A stretch of 64,000 bases of DNA from a virus: positions 1 to 64,000 of IMG/VR virus record IMGVR_UViG_3300043466_003163. One strand, given 5' to 3'. Positions 30,195 through 39,901 of this stretch are shown here, in pieces. How positions within the stretch are numbered: the stretch's first letter is position 1; every line of letters begins with the position of its first letter. Under the pieces are notes generated by a model. The model ran no database searches. It saw nothing but the letters and a program-made list of their open reading frames with translations, and was not told the DNA's origin. Both the position numbers and the translations under genes were made by a program.

Positions 30195-30971
30195 ATGAAT
30201 AGTATTTCATTAATAGTACCAGTACATAAATTAGAAAAAGAATTTTTAGATAGTTGTATATTGAGTATTAAAAATCAAAAAGAAAAGCCTGATGAGGTTT
30301 TATTTGTAACAACAAAAGATGAAGAAATTACATCTTTTTTAACTGATTATGATTTTGGTGATTTAAAAGACGTTGTTAAAGTTATTACAAATGACGGAGA
30401 TGATTACGGGTTTCAATCACAAATTAATTATGGTGTTAAATCATCAACGTCAACATACTTTACATTTTTAGAATATGATGATCAATTATCACCAATATGG
30501 ATTAAAAATGCTAAAGAGTATATTCATCATTATCCAGAAGTTGGGGTATTTTTACCTATTATTTATGAAACTGATGAAAATGGTAATTTTATTTCATTCA
30601 CAAATGAAAGTGTTTGGGCAAAAGATTTTACTGAAGAATCAGGTTATTTAGATAATAATGCGCTACAAAGAGTTCAAAACTTTAATTTTGATGGTATGGT
30701 TGTAAAAAAATCTGATTTTGAGGAATATGGTAAACTTAAAAGTAATATAAAATTGACTTTCACATATGAATTTTTATTAAGAATGACTTATTTTTCTGTA
30801 CCTGTTATGGTAATCCCTAGATTAGGGTATAAGCATTTAAACAATAGAGAGGGATCTTTATTTGTAGAGTATAAAAATACTATTGATGTATTAGAAAGTA
30901 AATTTTGGGTAAATAAAGCCAAAAAAGAATATTTCTTCAAAGAAGATAGAGAAATAACATATGAAGTATAA
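30195..30971 (+). CDS. GT2-family glycosyltransferase
   Basis: ISLIVPVH, SIKNQ, INYGV, FLEYDD, EFLLR. Confidence 0.8.
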   Translation: MNSISLIVPVHKLEKEFLDSCILSIKNQKEKPDEVLFVTTKDEEITSFLTDYDFGDLKDVVKVITNDGDDYGFQSQINYGVKSSTSTYFTFLEYDDQLSPIWIKNAKEYIHHYPEVGVFLPIIYETDENGNFISFTNESVWAKDFTEESGYLDNNALQRVQNFNFDGMVVKKSDFEEYGKLKSNIKLTFTYEFLLRMTYFSVPVMVIPRLGYKHLNNREGSLFVEYKNTIDVLESKFWVNKAKKEYFFKEDREITYEV

Positions 30972-30979
30972 ATTTGTTT

Positions 30980-31714
30980 ATGTCAGAAGAACCTAAAAAA
31001 AGGGGTCGGAAGAGAACAAAGAATTTATATTTTGGTCCAGAACAGGAAGAAGCAGTAGTTAATTTTTTAACAAGTGAATCGTATAGTGAAAGAAATAAAA
31101 TTTACAATGAGCATCTAAAAGGCCCAATTGATAAGATGGTTGAGTCCATCATAAGGCGTTATAAATTATATAGAAAAGAATATGAGTATGAGGACGTACA
31201 TTCTGATACTCTTTCTTTTTTGATAACTAAAATGCATAATTTTAAACCCGATAAGAATAAAAAAGCTTATTCTTATTTCGGTACAATATGTAAACATTAT
31301 CTTTTAGGACAATTAATAAAAGATGATAAAAAATTAAAATCTGATGTGTCATACGAAGATGTTTACAACACAGTAGAAACTATGGAGGATTTAACCTATA
31401 CCATAGATGATGATAAGTTGCAGTTAGATATTTTTATTGAGGAAATTTCTGCAAGTATTAAGGCAGAAATGAAATATAATAAATTATCGGATACTGAATC
31501 TAAAGTTGGGTCCGCATTAACAACTATTTTAGATAATTGGGAGACTATATTTGAACAAATAGAAAGTGGTAATAAATACAATAAAAATTTAATACTTTCT
31601 TATATCAGAGAAATATCTGATTTATCAACCAAAGACATCAGAATAGGTATGAGAAGATTTAAAAAGATATATGTTTTTATGAAGAATGATAAATTAGAAG
31701 ATGATTCTATATAA
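30980..31714 (+). CDS. T4 gp55-like late-transcription sigma factor
   Basis: YEDVHSDTLSFLITKMHNFKPDKNKKAYSYFGTICKHYL resembles the gp55/sigma region 2 (NFDP.K...F.YF..I) segment; lies directly before the late structural genes. Confidence 0.7.
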   Translation: MSEEPKKRGRKRTKNLYFGPEQEEAVVNFLTSESYSERNKIYNEHLKGPIDKMVESIIRRYKLYRKEYEYEDVHSDTLSFLITKMHNFKPDKNKKAYSYFGTICKHYLLGQLIKDDKKLKSDVSYEDVYNTVETMEDLTYTIDDDKLQLDIFIEEISASIKAEMKYNKLSDTESKVGSALTTILDNWETIFEQIESGNKYNKNLILSYIREISDLSTKDIRIGMRRFKKIYVFMKNDKLEDDSI

Positions 31715-31750
31715 AAAACTAATATCAGATATTTATAGAAAAAGATTAAT

Positions 31751-32134
31751 ATGAGTAGACCGAAAAAAACTAAGATCAATTTAGATAAAAATAGTTTACA
31801 AGAATTAATGCAAGAAATCTATAATGATTGCACTAATATAATGAGTAGTGCTAGAAGAGAATTAACTGAAAGAAAACATAGGGTAGATATTGAAGATATC
31901 AATGATGAATATCAAATAGGTAAAGTAAACAATGAGACACTAAAAATTATTGAGACTACTATTGATAAAAAAATTGCCTTAGCAAAATTACAATCACAAA
32001 TTTTAGGTAACAATTCAAACGATAACGAACAAACTTCATCTAATGGGGGTATTACTGAAGATGATAAAAATATTCTTAGGGAGTTATTTAAAGAGAAGGC
32101 TATAACTAAAAATACTGAATACGATGTAGATTGA
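31751..32134 (+). CDS. Hypothetical helical protein, late
   Basis: 127-aa ORF; ATATTTAT at 31729. Confidence 0.7.
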   Translation: MSRPKKTKINLDKNSLQELMQEIYNDCTNIMSSARRELTERKHRVDIEDINDEYQIGKVNNETLKIIETTIDKKIALAKLQSQILGNNSNDNEQTSSNGGITEDDKNILRELFKEKAITKNTEYDVD

Positions 32135-32135
32135 T

Positions 32136-33842
32136 ATGAATGAAAAATTTAGAAATGTTGTTTGTGAACCTAAAGATGTTATTGGTGATATTAAAAGACA
32201 GATACTTGAATTAATATCACTAAATCAAACTATTTGTAATAATCTACCTGATTTATCAATCCCCAATATAATACCTGAAGTACCTGATCTTAATATAAGT
32301 CAAAGAATTATTGATTTATTAAATGATATATTGGCAACAGTTTCAGGAATCAATGTTGATGAGATGAGGATGCAATTAATTAATTGGTTAGTTGAGCAAC
32401 TAAGACCCCTTTCTGAAGATTTATCGTTAACTCTAATAGATAAAATTAAATGTTGTTATGCATGTAAAATAAGTCCTAAAATACCTAATTGGTTATTTGT
32501 TACTGATCCGTCAACAATAGTATTTGATTCTAATGGCGTTCCTGTACCTAACTCTGGTAGTCCAGGTATTGGAATAAATATAGAAATTAACAAGATTGAT
32601 TTAAGTTGTTTATTTGCGGTTGAACCTAATAGTAGTGTAGGTAAATTATTTTATGACGGTAACTCAAATGAAGATATAAACGCATTTTTATGGGATGTAA
32701 TACAAGAAAATGGTAATCCATTGATATGGAAAGACCCAATTTCAGGTAAAGAAATTGCTGAAATAAGATATTTAGAAAATAGTTCTACCGCTTTCGTTAA
32801 GAGTGATGGTACAGTAAATTATCAAAACATAGAATCGAGACCTAGAGTTTTTAATGTAAGGATAGTTAATCAAACTTACCAAAATAAAACTCTAATTAAT
32901 TTTTTAATTGATTACTTTAATAGTCAAAATCCATTATTTAATCCTGAAAAAGTGGTACCAAATGTTATAGATTTAATTTATGGTTCTTTAACTAATAAGG
33001 TTAAATTACCAGATGAGTGTTTGAATAAAGTTGTTGAACTAGAAAAATCTATTGAGGATTATGTAGATAAAGGTGTAGACAATCCTGAAGTTACTTTAGA
33101 TGATAGTTTTTATACTTTTACTTCTGCCCAATTAGCTAATATAAAACAAACAGTCAATGAAAAAAAATTAGGAGTAAAACAATTCCAAAAATGTTGTAGT
33201 AAACAAACTAGTAGTATTTCATTTGAGACTTTAGATACTATAGATAAAGAAATAAAAAATTCATCTAATTTAGAACAAAAAATACAGACTTATACTAAAG
33301 CGTTAGATACTTTAATTTCTGAATCAGTTGCGGGTGTAAAAAATTTAGAAAAAAATAATGCAACATCTGAATTTTTAGCAAACTTTATCAGTTCATTACA
33401 AATTGCATTAACTAAAATAGTTTTAACACCTAAAAATCTTTTAATGTTAAATATTTTTTATTATTTAGTTAATTCTAAACCAGTCGAAAAAGTTAGGATT
33501 AAAGAAATATTGAGGGAATATGAATGTATTATAAGTGCAATTATTGCCGATTTGATAAGGAAAATTGTTTACGAATTTTTATTACCTATGATTTTAAAAG
33601 CATTAAAAGAAATTATTTTATGTGCAGTTAGAAAAAAAATTAAAGAAATTAATATAAATTATTTAAAAACTAAAAGAAGTCTATTACCTCCATTTGTTAC
33701 TGATACTGCAAATGCGATAGAAGGACTTTTAGGTAAGGCGGAAAATACTGTAGATAAGGCTAGAGGATTTACAGATAAAATAAATTTAGATTCATTGAAT
33801 AATGTTAATCTATTTAATAATAAAGGAAGATTTTGTGATTAA
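32136..33842 (+). CDS. Putative baseplate/structural protein
   Basis: 568 aa, Cys-rich, upstream of the spike-like gene. Confidence 0.45.
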   Translation: MNEKFRNVVCEPKDVIGDIKRQILELISLNQTICNNLPDLSIPNIIPEVPDLNISQRIIDLLNDILATVSGINVDEMRMQLINWLVEQLRPLSEDLSLTLIDKIKCCYACKISPKIPNWLFVTDPSTIVFDSNGVPVPNSGSPGIGINIEINKIDLSCLFAVEPNSSVGKLFYDGNSNEDINAFLWDVIQENGNPLIWKDPISGKEIAEIRYLENSSTAFVKSDGTVNYQNIESRPRVFNVRIVNQTYQNKTLINFLIDYFNSQNPLFNPEKVVPNVIDLIYGSLTNKVKLPDECLNKVVELEKSIEDYVDKGVDNPEVTLDDSFYTFTSAQLANIKQTVNEKKLGVKQFQKCCSKQTSSISFETLDTIDKEIKNSSNLEQKIQTYTKALDTLISESVAGVKNLEKNNATSEFLANFISSLQIALTKIVLTPKNLLMLNIFYYLVNSKPVEKVRIKEILREYECIISAIIADLIRKIVYEFLLPMILKALKEIILCAVRKKIKEININYLKTKRSLLPPFVTDTANAIEGLLGKAENTVDKARGFTDKINLDSLNNVNLFNNKGRFCD

Positions 33843-33844
33843 TT

Positions 33845-34291
33845 ATGGCTAGTGGATGTGAATCAAATGATAGAAACGATATCTATAAAAATATAGGTAT
33901 TGCTGGTGCACTCGTAACAATTGCTTTGTTACTTAAAAATGCGTTTAAAACACCTAAGAAAAAACCATTCGTCTCTAAGGAAGAAATTTTAATTGGTACT
34001 AAAACTAGAGAAGGTCTTAGTGCAATTAGAATGGCATCTAAAATTATTGAAAGGAAAAAGGAATTAGGTATCCCAACAACACCGTTAGAAAGTGGTGGAG
34101 TTAATTTAGATTTACAGATGGAGGTAGTTAGGTGTGAAACTATTATTGATGAATTTTTAACTCACGCTAGAGTAGAATCTGCATTCCCTCCTGGTGTTCC
34201 TATAACTGCAACTGGTGGTAATGCTGGTGGACCAATAGTTGTTCAAGGTGCAACAACAAATTCAGTTAAGGTTGATGGTATTGTAACATAA
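33845..34291 (+). CDS. Putative baseplate-associated protein
   Basis: C-terminal ATGGNAGGPIVVQG; position in the late operon. Confidence 0.45.
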   Translation: MASGCESNDRNDIYKNIGIAGALVTIALLLKNAFKTPKKKPFVSKEEILIGTKTREGLSAIRMASKIIERKKELGIPTTPLESGGVNLDLQMEVVRCETIIDEFLTHARVESAFPPGVPITATGGNAGGPIVVQGATTNSVKVDGIVT

Positions 34292-34301
34292 TGTTAGTTT
34301 T

Positions 34302-34493
34302 ATGAGTGATAATAAAATAAATTGGGATAATTTGAGTAATGCTTCTATAAAAATGAATTTAGAATCATTAATGCATGAACAAATATCTTTAAGAGAAAAA
34401 ATAATCAAATTATCAGAAAAATTAGAATCTATAGAGAAAGAATATTTTTATGGTAATAAAGTTTTAATTAAAAGATATAAAGGTGAAGAATGA
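34302..34493 (+). CDS. Small coiled-coil protein
   Basis: 63-aa ORF overlapping the next start. Confidence 0.6.
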   Translation: MSDNKINWDNLSNASIKMNLESLMHEQISLREKIIKLSEKLESIEKEYFYGNKVLIKRYKGEE

Positions 34494-35797
34494 TGAATAA
34501 TTTTTATAATGATAGTACAAATACTAATGTAATCCCAATTATAAGGGTAGGTGAAGTAATATCTATTGCGGATACAACTAAATCAGGTAGAATTAAAGTT
34601 AGAATAACAGGCGTTGATGATACAGAAAGTGATAAAAGTTTAATTGATTGTGTACCATTAATACCAAAATATTTAATTACGTTACCTAAAGTAGGTGAAT
34701 GTGTTTTTGTTTTTCAATACGAACATAATGATTCATCACCGACAGCATCTTTCAAAAACAAAAGATTTTGGATTGGTCCGTTAATATCTCAACCAATTAA
34801 ATTAGATGGTGAAACATACAATTCATCACTTTCAATTTTACCTGATGGGTATAGTAAATTAAAAGATCCTAATTTAGAAATTGGTGCCTATGGTGATGAT
34901 GAAGATGTAATTTTACAGGGTAGATATAATACTGATATTATACAAAAAGATAGACAAATTTGGTTAAGGGCTGGTAAAAATATAGAAGGTTCTGTAAATA
35001 AATTTAATGATAAAACTTTAGGTTATGTCCAAATAAAATTTGGGGGAGAAAAACTAAAACGTACTTTAGTTGATAAAGAAATTGTCACATTTGTAGAATT
35101 ACAACCTGATATAATAATCACAGCAACTTTGAATACAGTAACTAATTCAGGTAATATTCTTTCTGGTAATTTACCTGAAGAGTCTTATAGGGGTACAGAT
35201 ATTAATAGAACTGAAGTATTTATAACTATAACTGACGCAAAAACAGGTACAGTTAAAAATTCTTTTGAAAACATAAATAGCTTCTTAGGTTCAGGATCTA
35301 GAGAAAGTGCATTAGGAGCTGCAAAAACTTTTATAGATACAAATAAGGGTGCGAGATGGAAAATTAAATCTACTTCAGTAGACTTAATAAAAATATATAA
35401 GGGTGATAATGGTATTGCAACATTTACTAGTGAACCTGTAGAAGTTAGAAAAAAAATAAAAGAACTTAAATTAGAAAAAAATAAAAGTGATAGTACCAGT
35501 GTAGTTAATATAGTGGCAAATAAAATTAATTTGATTAGTCATGATGGTGAACACACATTTAATTTAACTGACCCCAAAAATTTAATTACTGATGACGAAC
35601 AAACAAAAATAAACAATGAAGCTCACCCAATCGTATATGGTGATATTTTGGTGGAATTTTTAGATTTAGTTAAAAAATATGTACAACTTCATGTACACCC
35701 ATATCATGGTTTACCTGCGGATCCGAGTTCTATAGTAACAAATGTCACAAGTTTTGATTTAAATAAGATTCTCAATAAGAATATTAATAGCAATTAA
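34490..35797 (+). CDS. Baseplate hub/central spike protein (gp5/gpV/VgrG-like OB fold)
   Basis: GEVISIAD..GRIKVRI..PKVGECVFV..RFWIGP OB-fold; C-terminal HVHPYH resembling the metal-binding spike tip. Confidence 0.8.
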   Translation: MMNNFYNDSTNTNVIPIIRVGEVISIADTTKSGRIKVRITGVDDTESDKSLIDCVPLIPKYLITLPKVGECVFVFQYEHNDSSPTASFKNKRFWIGPLISQPIKLDGETYNSSLSILPDGYSKLKDPNLEIGAYGDDEDVILQGRYNTDIIQKDRQIWLRAGKNIEGSVNKFNDKTLGYVQIKFGGEKLKRTLVDKEIVTFVELQPDIIITATLNTVTNSGNILSGNLPEESYRGTDINRTEVFITITDAKTGTVKNSFENINSFLGSGSRESALGAAKTFIDTNKGARWKIKSTSVDLIKIYKGDNGIATFTSEPVEVRKKIKELKLEKNKSDSTSVVNIVANKINLISHDGEHTFNLTDPKNLITDDEQTKINNEAHPIVYGDILVEFLDLVKKYVQLHVHPYHGLPADPSSIVTNVTSFDLNKILNKNINSN

Positions 35798-35818
35798 GAT
35801 ATTTATTAATAAAAAGAA

Positions 35819-37228
35819 ATGGTATACAGAACTTATATAGATAAAAATAATACTATTATTTATGGTACATTAATTAATACGGGTAGAAATCCTATTGCTG
35901 AATTATATTATGGTGGTAAAGAAACTCAACCTAACTATACAAGACATTTACTTTACTTTGATGTAACCAATTTACAGGATAAATATAATAATGGTGAGTT
36001 AGGTGATTTATCGGATGTCAAACATGTATTAAGAATGACTAATAGTTCTTTTTTCGATAGGGATTTACAAGCACAAAAATTATTAGATGGTAAACAAAGG
36101 ACATCTTCTTTTGATTTAATTTTATTTAGAGTTAATCAATTTTGGGATGAGGGTTGTGGGTATGATTACCAACAAATTAGGTATCTTGATTATGGAGGGG
36201 ATATTACTTTTGTAGAATCCGCAAGTAATTGGTTAAATTCCACTACATCCACATCTTGGTCCGAACCAGGAGTGTATTCAGGTTCACCTTTAAGTAGTAT
36301 TACTGTTACAACACAACATTTTGATAAAGGTAATGAAAATATTGAAATGGATATTACTAACGAAGTTAATGATTTAATAACTGGTGGTACAACAAATTAT
36401 GGTTATGGGGTATCATTTGACTATGATTTAGAAACAAAAGAAATAGTTCCAGCACAATATGTAGGATTTTTTACTAGACATACACAAACTTATTATGAAC
36501 CTTTTGTTGAAACCACATTTAATAATACTATAAAAGATGATAGAAAAAATTTTTATAGGGGTAAATTAAATAGATTATATTTCTATACAAATTTAGGGGG
36601 CGAGCCAACTAATTTAGATAATAAACCTAGTGTCACTATTAAAGATACTAATGAATCAATTATTTCTGCATTTACTAGCAATGATGTAAAACAATCAGAT
36701 AAAGGAATATATTATATAGAATTATTTATACCAATAAATAATAAGGAATGTGGTTTATTTACAGATACTTGGTCAGATATAACCATAAATGGTGTTAGTT
36801 TATCTGATATTACTTTAGAATTTGAAGTAAAAGATGATACCGAATATTACAATTTTGGTAATAATGAGTCTTTACCTATTGAATATTTAGTAAATCTTAG
36901 TGGTATTATGAGAGATGAAAAAATTAAAAGAGGTGATAAAAGAAAAGTTTTTGTAAACGCTAGAATACCATATACTATTAATGAAACTAGTGTTATAGAT
37001 GGGTTACAATATCGTTTATGGATTAGAGAGGGTACAACTGAGGTTAATGTAATAGATTGGACTGATGTTAATAGGGCATATTTAAAAAATTATTTTATTT
37101 TAGATACTTCTTGGATGATACCTAATGAATATTATGTGGATATTAAGTTAACATCTAATCAATTAGTTAAAACTTATACAAATACACTTAAATTTAGTAT
37201 AGTTAATCAAATTGAGAATCTACATTAA
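35819..37228 (+). CDS. Putative virion structural protein
   Basis: TRHLLYFD, WDEGCG, DIT..V, beta-rich C-terminal part; ATATTTAT at 35799. Confidence 0.55.
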   Translation: MVYRTYIDKNNTIIYGTLINTGRNPIAELYYGGKETQPNYTRHLLYFDVTNLQDKYNNGELGDLSDVKHVLRMTNSSFFDRDLQAQKLLDGKQRTSSFDLILFRVNQFWDEGCGYDYQQIRYLDYGGDITFVESASNWLNSTTSTSWSEPGVYSGSPLSSITVTTQHFDKGNENIEMDITNEVNDLITGGTTNYGYGVSFDYDLETKEIVPAQYVGFFTRHTQTYYEPFVETTFNNTIKDDRKNFYRGKLNRLYFYTNLGGEPTNLDNKPSVTIKDTNESIISAFTSNDVKQSDKGIYYIELFIPINNKECGLFTDTWSDITINGVSLSDITLEFEVKDDTEYYNFGNNESLPIEYLVNLSGIMRDEKIKRGDKRKVFVNARIPYTINETSVIDGLQYRLWIREGTTEVNVIDWTDVNRAYLKNYFILDTSWMIPNEYYVDIKLTSNQLVKTYTNTLKFSIVNQIENLH

Positions 37229-38027
37229 TTGGATTTATAGTTTCAGGTAAATTAAATTTAGTATTAGATATTTTTTCTAATACATCATTCATAATTAATG
37301 TAAAAAGATTATTAATTACTTCTTTATTTAATTTTTGTGGGTATGGGACATCAAAAGACATAAAATTTTTCCATCCTTCCCCATCCGTATTACTTTTATA
37401 TTTAACAGTGATATTAAAATTATTCATATCAATAGTCTCATCATCTATATTAAAATATCTACCATCTAAAATAGTACCATCAACTTTTTTGGCGTTACAG
37501 TCTATTTCAAAACTCATACTTCTGGCACCATACTCAAAACTATTTAAATATCGTACTCTATCATTTTTTGAAATAGAAAAAGAAGGGAATGGTACATAAA
37601 AATATAAACCTCTGTAAGAGGTATTAACATTAACATCACGATTTTCATACTCACCTAAATCCTCATTTTTGAAAGATATTTTTGTAGATAAATTAGAAAA
37701 ATCATTTTTTCTAATAAATTCTTCTAATAATTTATATAAATTCTCAAAAAATAAACTTGGCATTGGGTAATTTTTTCTATAACTATCAAATTCAGAAAAT
37801 AATTCCCTTTTATTCCAACTATATGTTCTAGTTAAAGTATATGCGTCTACATAATCTAGTTCAAAATCCTCTATTAATTCTGCCGCCACTTCAAACATAT
37901 TAAAATCTTTATCTAAACCATATTTTTTATATAACATATATAATATCTTTTTTTCAAAAGGAGAAAATTCTGTACTAACATCTATTATTTTAGACTCTAA
38001 TAATATGTATTTCTTTTTTACTGCCAT
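37203..38027 (-). CDS. Hypothetical protein
   Basis: About 274 aa, convergent with and overlapping the 3' end of the neighbour; N-terminal ILLES. Confidence 0.7.
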   Translation of the reverse strand: MAVKKKYILLESKIIDVSTEFSPFEKKILYMLYKKYGLDKDFNMFEVAAELIEDFELDYVDAYTLTRTYSWNKRELFSEFDSYRKNYPMPSLFFENLYKLLEEFIRKNDFSNLSTKISFKNEDLGEYENRDVNVNTSYRGLYFYVPFPSFSISKNDRVRYLNSFEYGARSMSFEIDCNAKKVDGTILDGRYFNIDDETIDMNNFNITVKYKSNTDGEGWKNFMSFDVPYPQKLNKEVINNLFTLIMNDVLEKISNTKFNLPETINPINVDSQFD

Positions 38028-38061
38028 AATCACAAATATAATAATAAATATTTTAAAAAAT

Positions 38062-38092
38062 AAAAAAGGGTAGAAAAAATCTACCCTTTTTT
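38062..38092 (-). terminator. Intrinsic terminator after the major capsid gene
   Basis: aaaaaagggtaga-aaaaa-tctacccttttt hairpin. Confidence 0.85.
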
Positions 38093-38111
38093 TTAACCTA
38101 TTGATTTACGA

Positions 38112-39863
38112 TTATCTCAATTCGTTGATATCAAACGTTACTACACCGTCAACAGTTACAGTTCCGTAGAATCTGTTGTTAACCATTTTCTTAGCGTATC
38201 TCGTCATAATACCCTTCGTTGGAGCGAAGTTGAATGGATTTTGTAATGTAGGAGTCAATTGTAGAGGTACATACGGAGCGTAAATGTAACCTGTATCTAA
38301 CAATGACTTACCTTTATGTCCAACAATAATTGAGTTAGCTGGTGCGTAAGGGTCTCTATACACAGTATATCTACCACCTAATGAACCAATTTTCTCAATA
38401 CCCATATTGTACTGATCTTGCTCAGGAGAAGCGTTTGATACGTGGAAGTATTCTAAATCATCGAAAATTGCTGAAACTTCAGAAGATACAACGATAAAGT
38501 TAGCACCAGCTCTCAAAGTAGATTTGTGGATTTGAGCTGAAATTTGGTTGATTTTAGTAATCAACGTTTGATTCCACTCTTTTTGAGTGTAAGCATTGAA
38601 TCCACCACCGTTGTTAGCTCTTTTCCAACCGTTGTAATCCCATCTCAATTGCCAAGCCGCACCTTTTCTTAAATCTCTTAAGATCTCTCTATCGATCTCA
38701 GCAGCAACCTGCTCAGACAATAAAGCTGTAAGTTCAGCCTCAGCATCGATGTTATGGAATGCACTAACGTCTTGTGCTAATTCTGGTGACCAAGTAGCTC
38801 TTAGTTTTCTTTCTGTAACTGATACTACTACTTCATCTAATTCAAAAGATACTTCACCCATTTCTGTAGCGAATTCTAATGAATCATATCTTCTCCAAGA
38901 TATTGTTAAACCTGTGAATGTTGTAGCTGAAGATGCTCCAATGTAACCATCAAAAGTTTTAGAAGCACAATCAACACAAGTTGGGTGTGTTAAATCTAAT
39001 TCGATTAACAATTTACCATCTGCAGTACAGATATCACTATAATCTACAATTCCTCTACCATATTTTTGTGTAACCAATCTGAAAGGAACTTCAGAACCAG
39101 ATGCGATGATAGAATTTCCTGATGGGTCAACGATTGCTGGAGTAGAAACTACTTTCAAAGAAGATAAGAAAGTTTCAGTATCCATTTCATTACCATCTGG
39201 ACCAGTTAATCTACCAGCATTTGTAGTAGAGAAACCTGTTACTGCTAAAGTAACGTGTCTAAATGAACCGTCAGCTGCTTTTGCTTGTGCAGTAAGAGCT
39301 GTAGGAACTTGTACACCACTAGAGTTTAATACAACACCTTGGTAACCTGCAGTTGCGAAAACTATTTGTTTACCTTTTGAAGCGTCATATAAACCATCAT
39401 TATAAAACAAATCATACAATGATTTAGTTTGGAACTCAGTAAGAGTTGTTGATCCACAAGCTGAGATTGTACACTCAGGTAATGCACCGTGACCATCTAA
39501 ATCTTTACCGTTCAAAGGAACTTGTGTTGTAGATGTTTTTGGTACAAAGTAGAATAATTTACCGATTGGCATGTTCATCGCTTGTACCGATACGATATCG
39601 TTAGCCAATAATTTAGAGAATACTCTTCTTACAATTGGGAAAACAACTGTTTCGAATGATCCAGAAGAATCAGCAGAAGTTGACTCACTCAATAGAGCAG
39701 ACGCTTGGTTTTCGTATAATTGTGCGATGTTCTCTTTGATGTGACCTTTTAAACCATCTAAGAAACCTAAAGAGTTCCACTTAGAGATAGTTTTAGATCT
39801 AATTTGCTTTAGGTGCTCAAGTCCGATATTACCGACTTCACCAGAATTTAACAAATGTCCCAT
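38112..39863 (-). CDS. gp23: Major capsid protein, T4 gp23-like
   Basis: PIVRRVF..IVSVQAMNMPIGKLF, RKLRATWSPELAQD, DAEAELTALLSEQVAAEIDREI, YAPYVPL, GIMTRY; C-ending codon bias of a highly expressed gene. Confidence 0.96.
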   Translation of the reverse strand: MGHLLNSGEVGNIGLEHLKQIRSKTISKWNSLGFLDGLKGHIKENIAQLYENQASALLSESTSADSSGSFETVVFPIVRRVFSKLLANDIVSVQAMNMPIGKLFYFVPKTSTTQVPLNGKDLDGHGALPECTISACGSTTLTEFQTKSLYDLFYNDGLYDASKGKQIVFATAGYQGVVLNSSGVQVPTALTAQAKAADGSFRHVTLAVTGFSTTNAGRLTGPDGNEMDTETFLSSLKVVSTPAIVDPSGNSIIASGSEVPFRLVTQKYGRGIVDYSDICTADGKLLIELDLTHPTCVDCASKTFDGYIGASSATTFTGLTISWRRYDSLEFATEMGEVSFELDEVVVSVTERKLRATWSPELAQDVSAFHNIDAEAELTALLSEQVAAEIDREILRDLRKGAAWQLRWDYNGWKRANNGGGFNAYTQKEWNQTLITKINQISAQIHKSTLRAGANFIVVSSEVSAIFDDLEYFHVSNASPEQDQYNMGIEKIGSLGGRYTVYRDPYAPANSIIVGHKGKSLLDTGYIYAPYVPLQLTPTLQNPFNFAPTKGIMTRYAKKMVNNRFYGTVTVDGVVTFDINELR

Positions 39864-39901
39864 TTTTATTTTTTTTTGTTTTGTTATTTTTTTATTATTA
39901 T

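Noticed and set aside
11504-30971. Bacterial capsule/O-antigen locus or chimeric host contig
   Set aside because: No wzx, wzy, ABC exporter or initiating transferase; interleaved with phage-type dut and phoH and continuous with the gp55-like and structural genes
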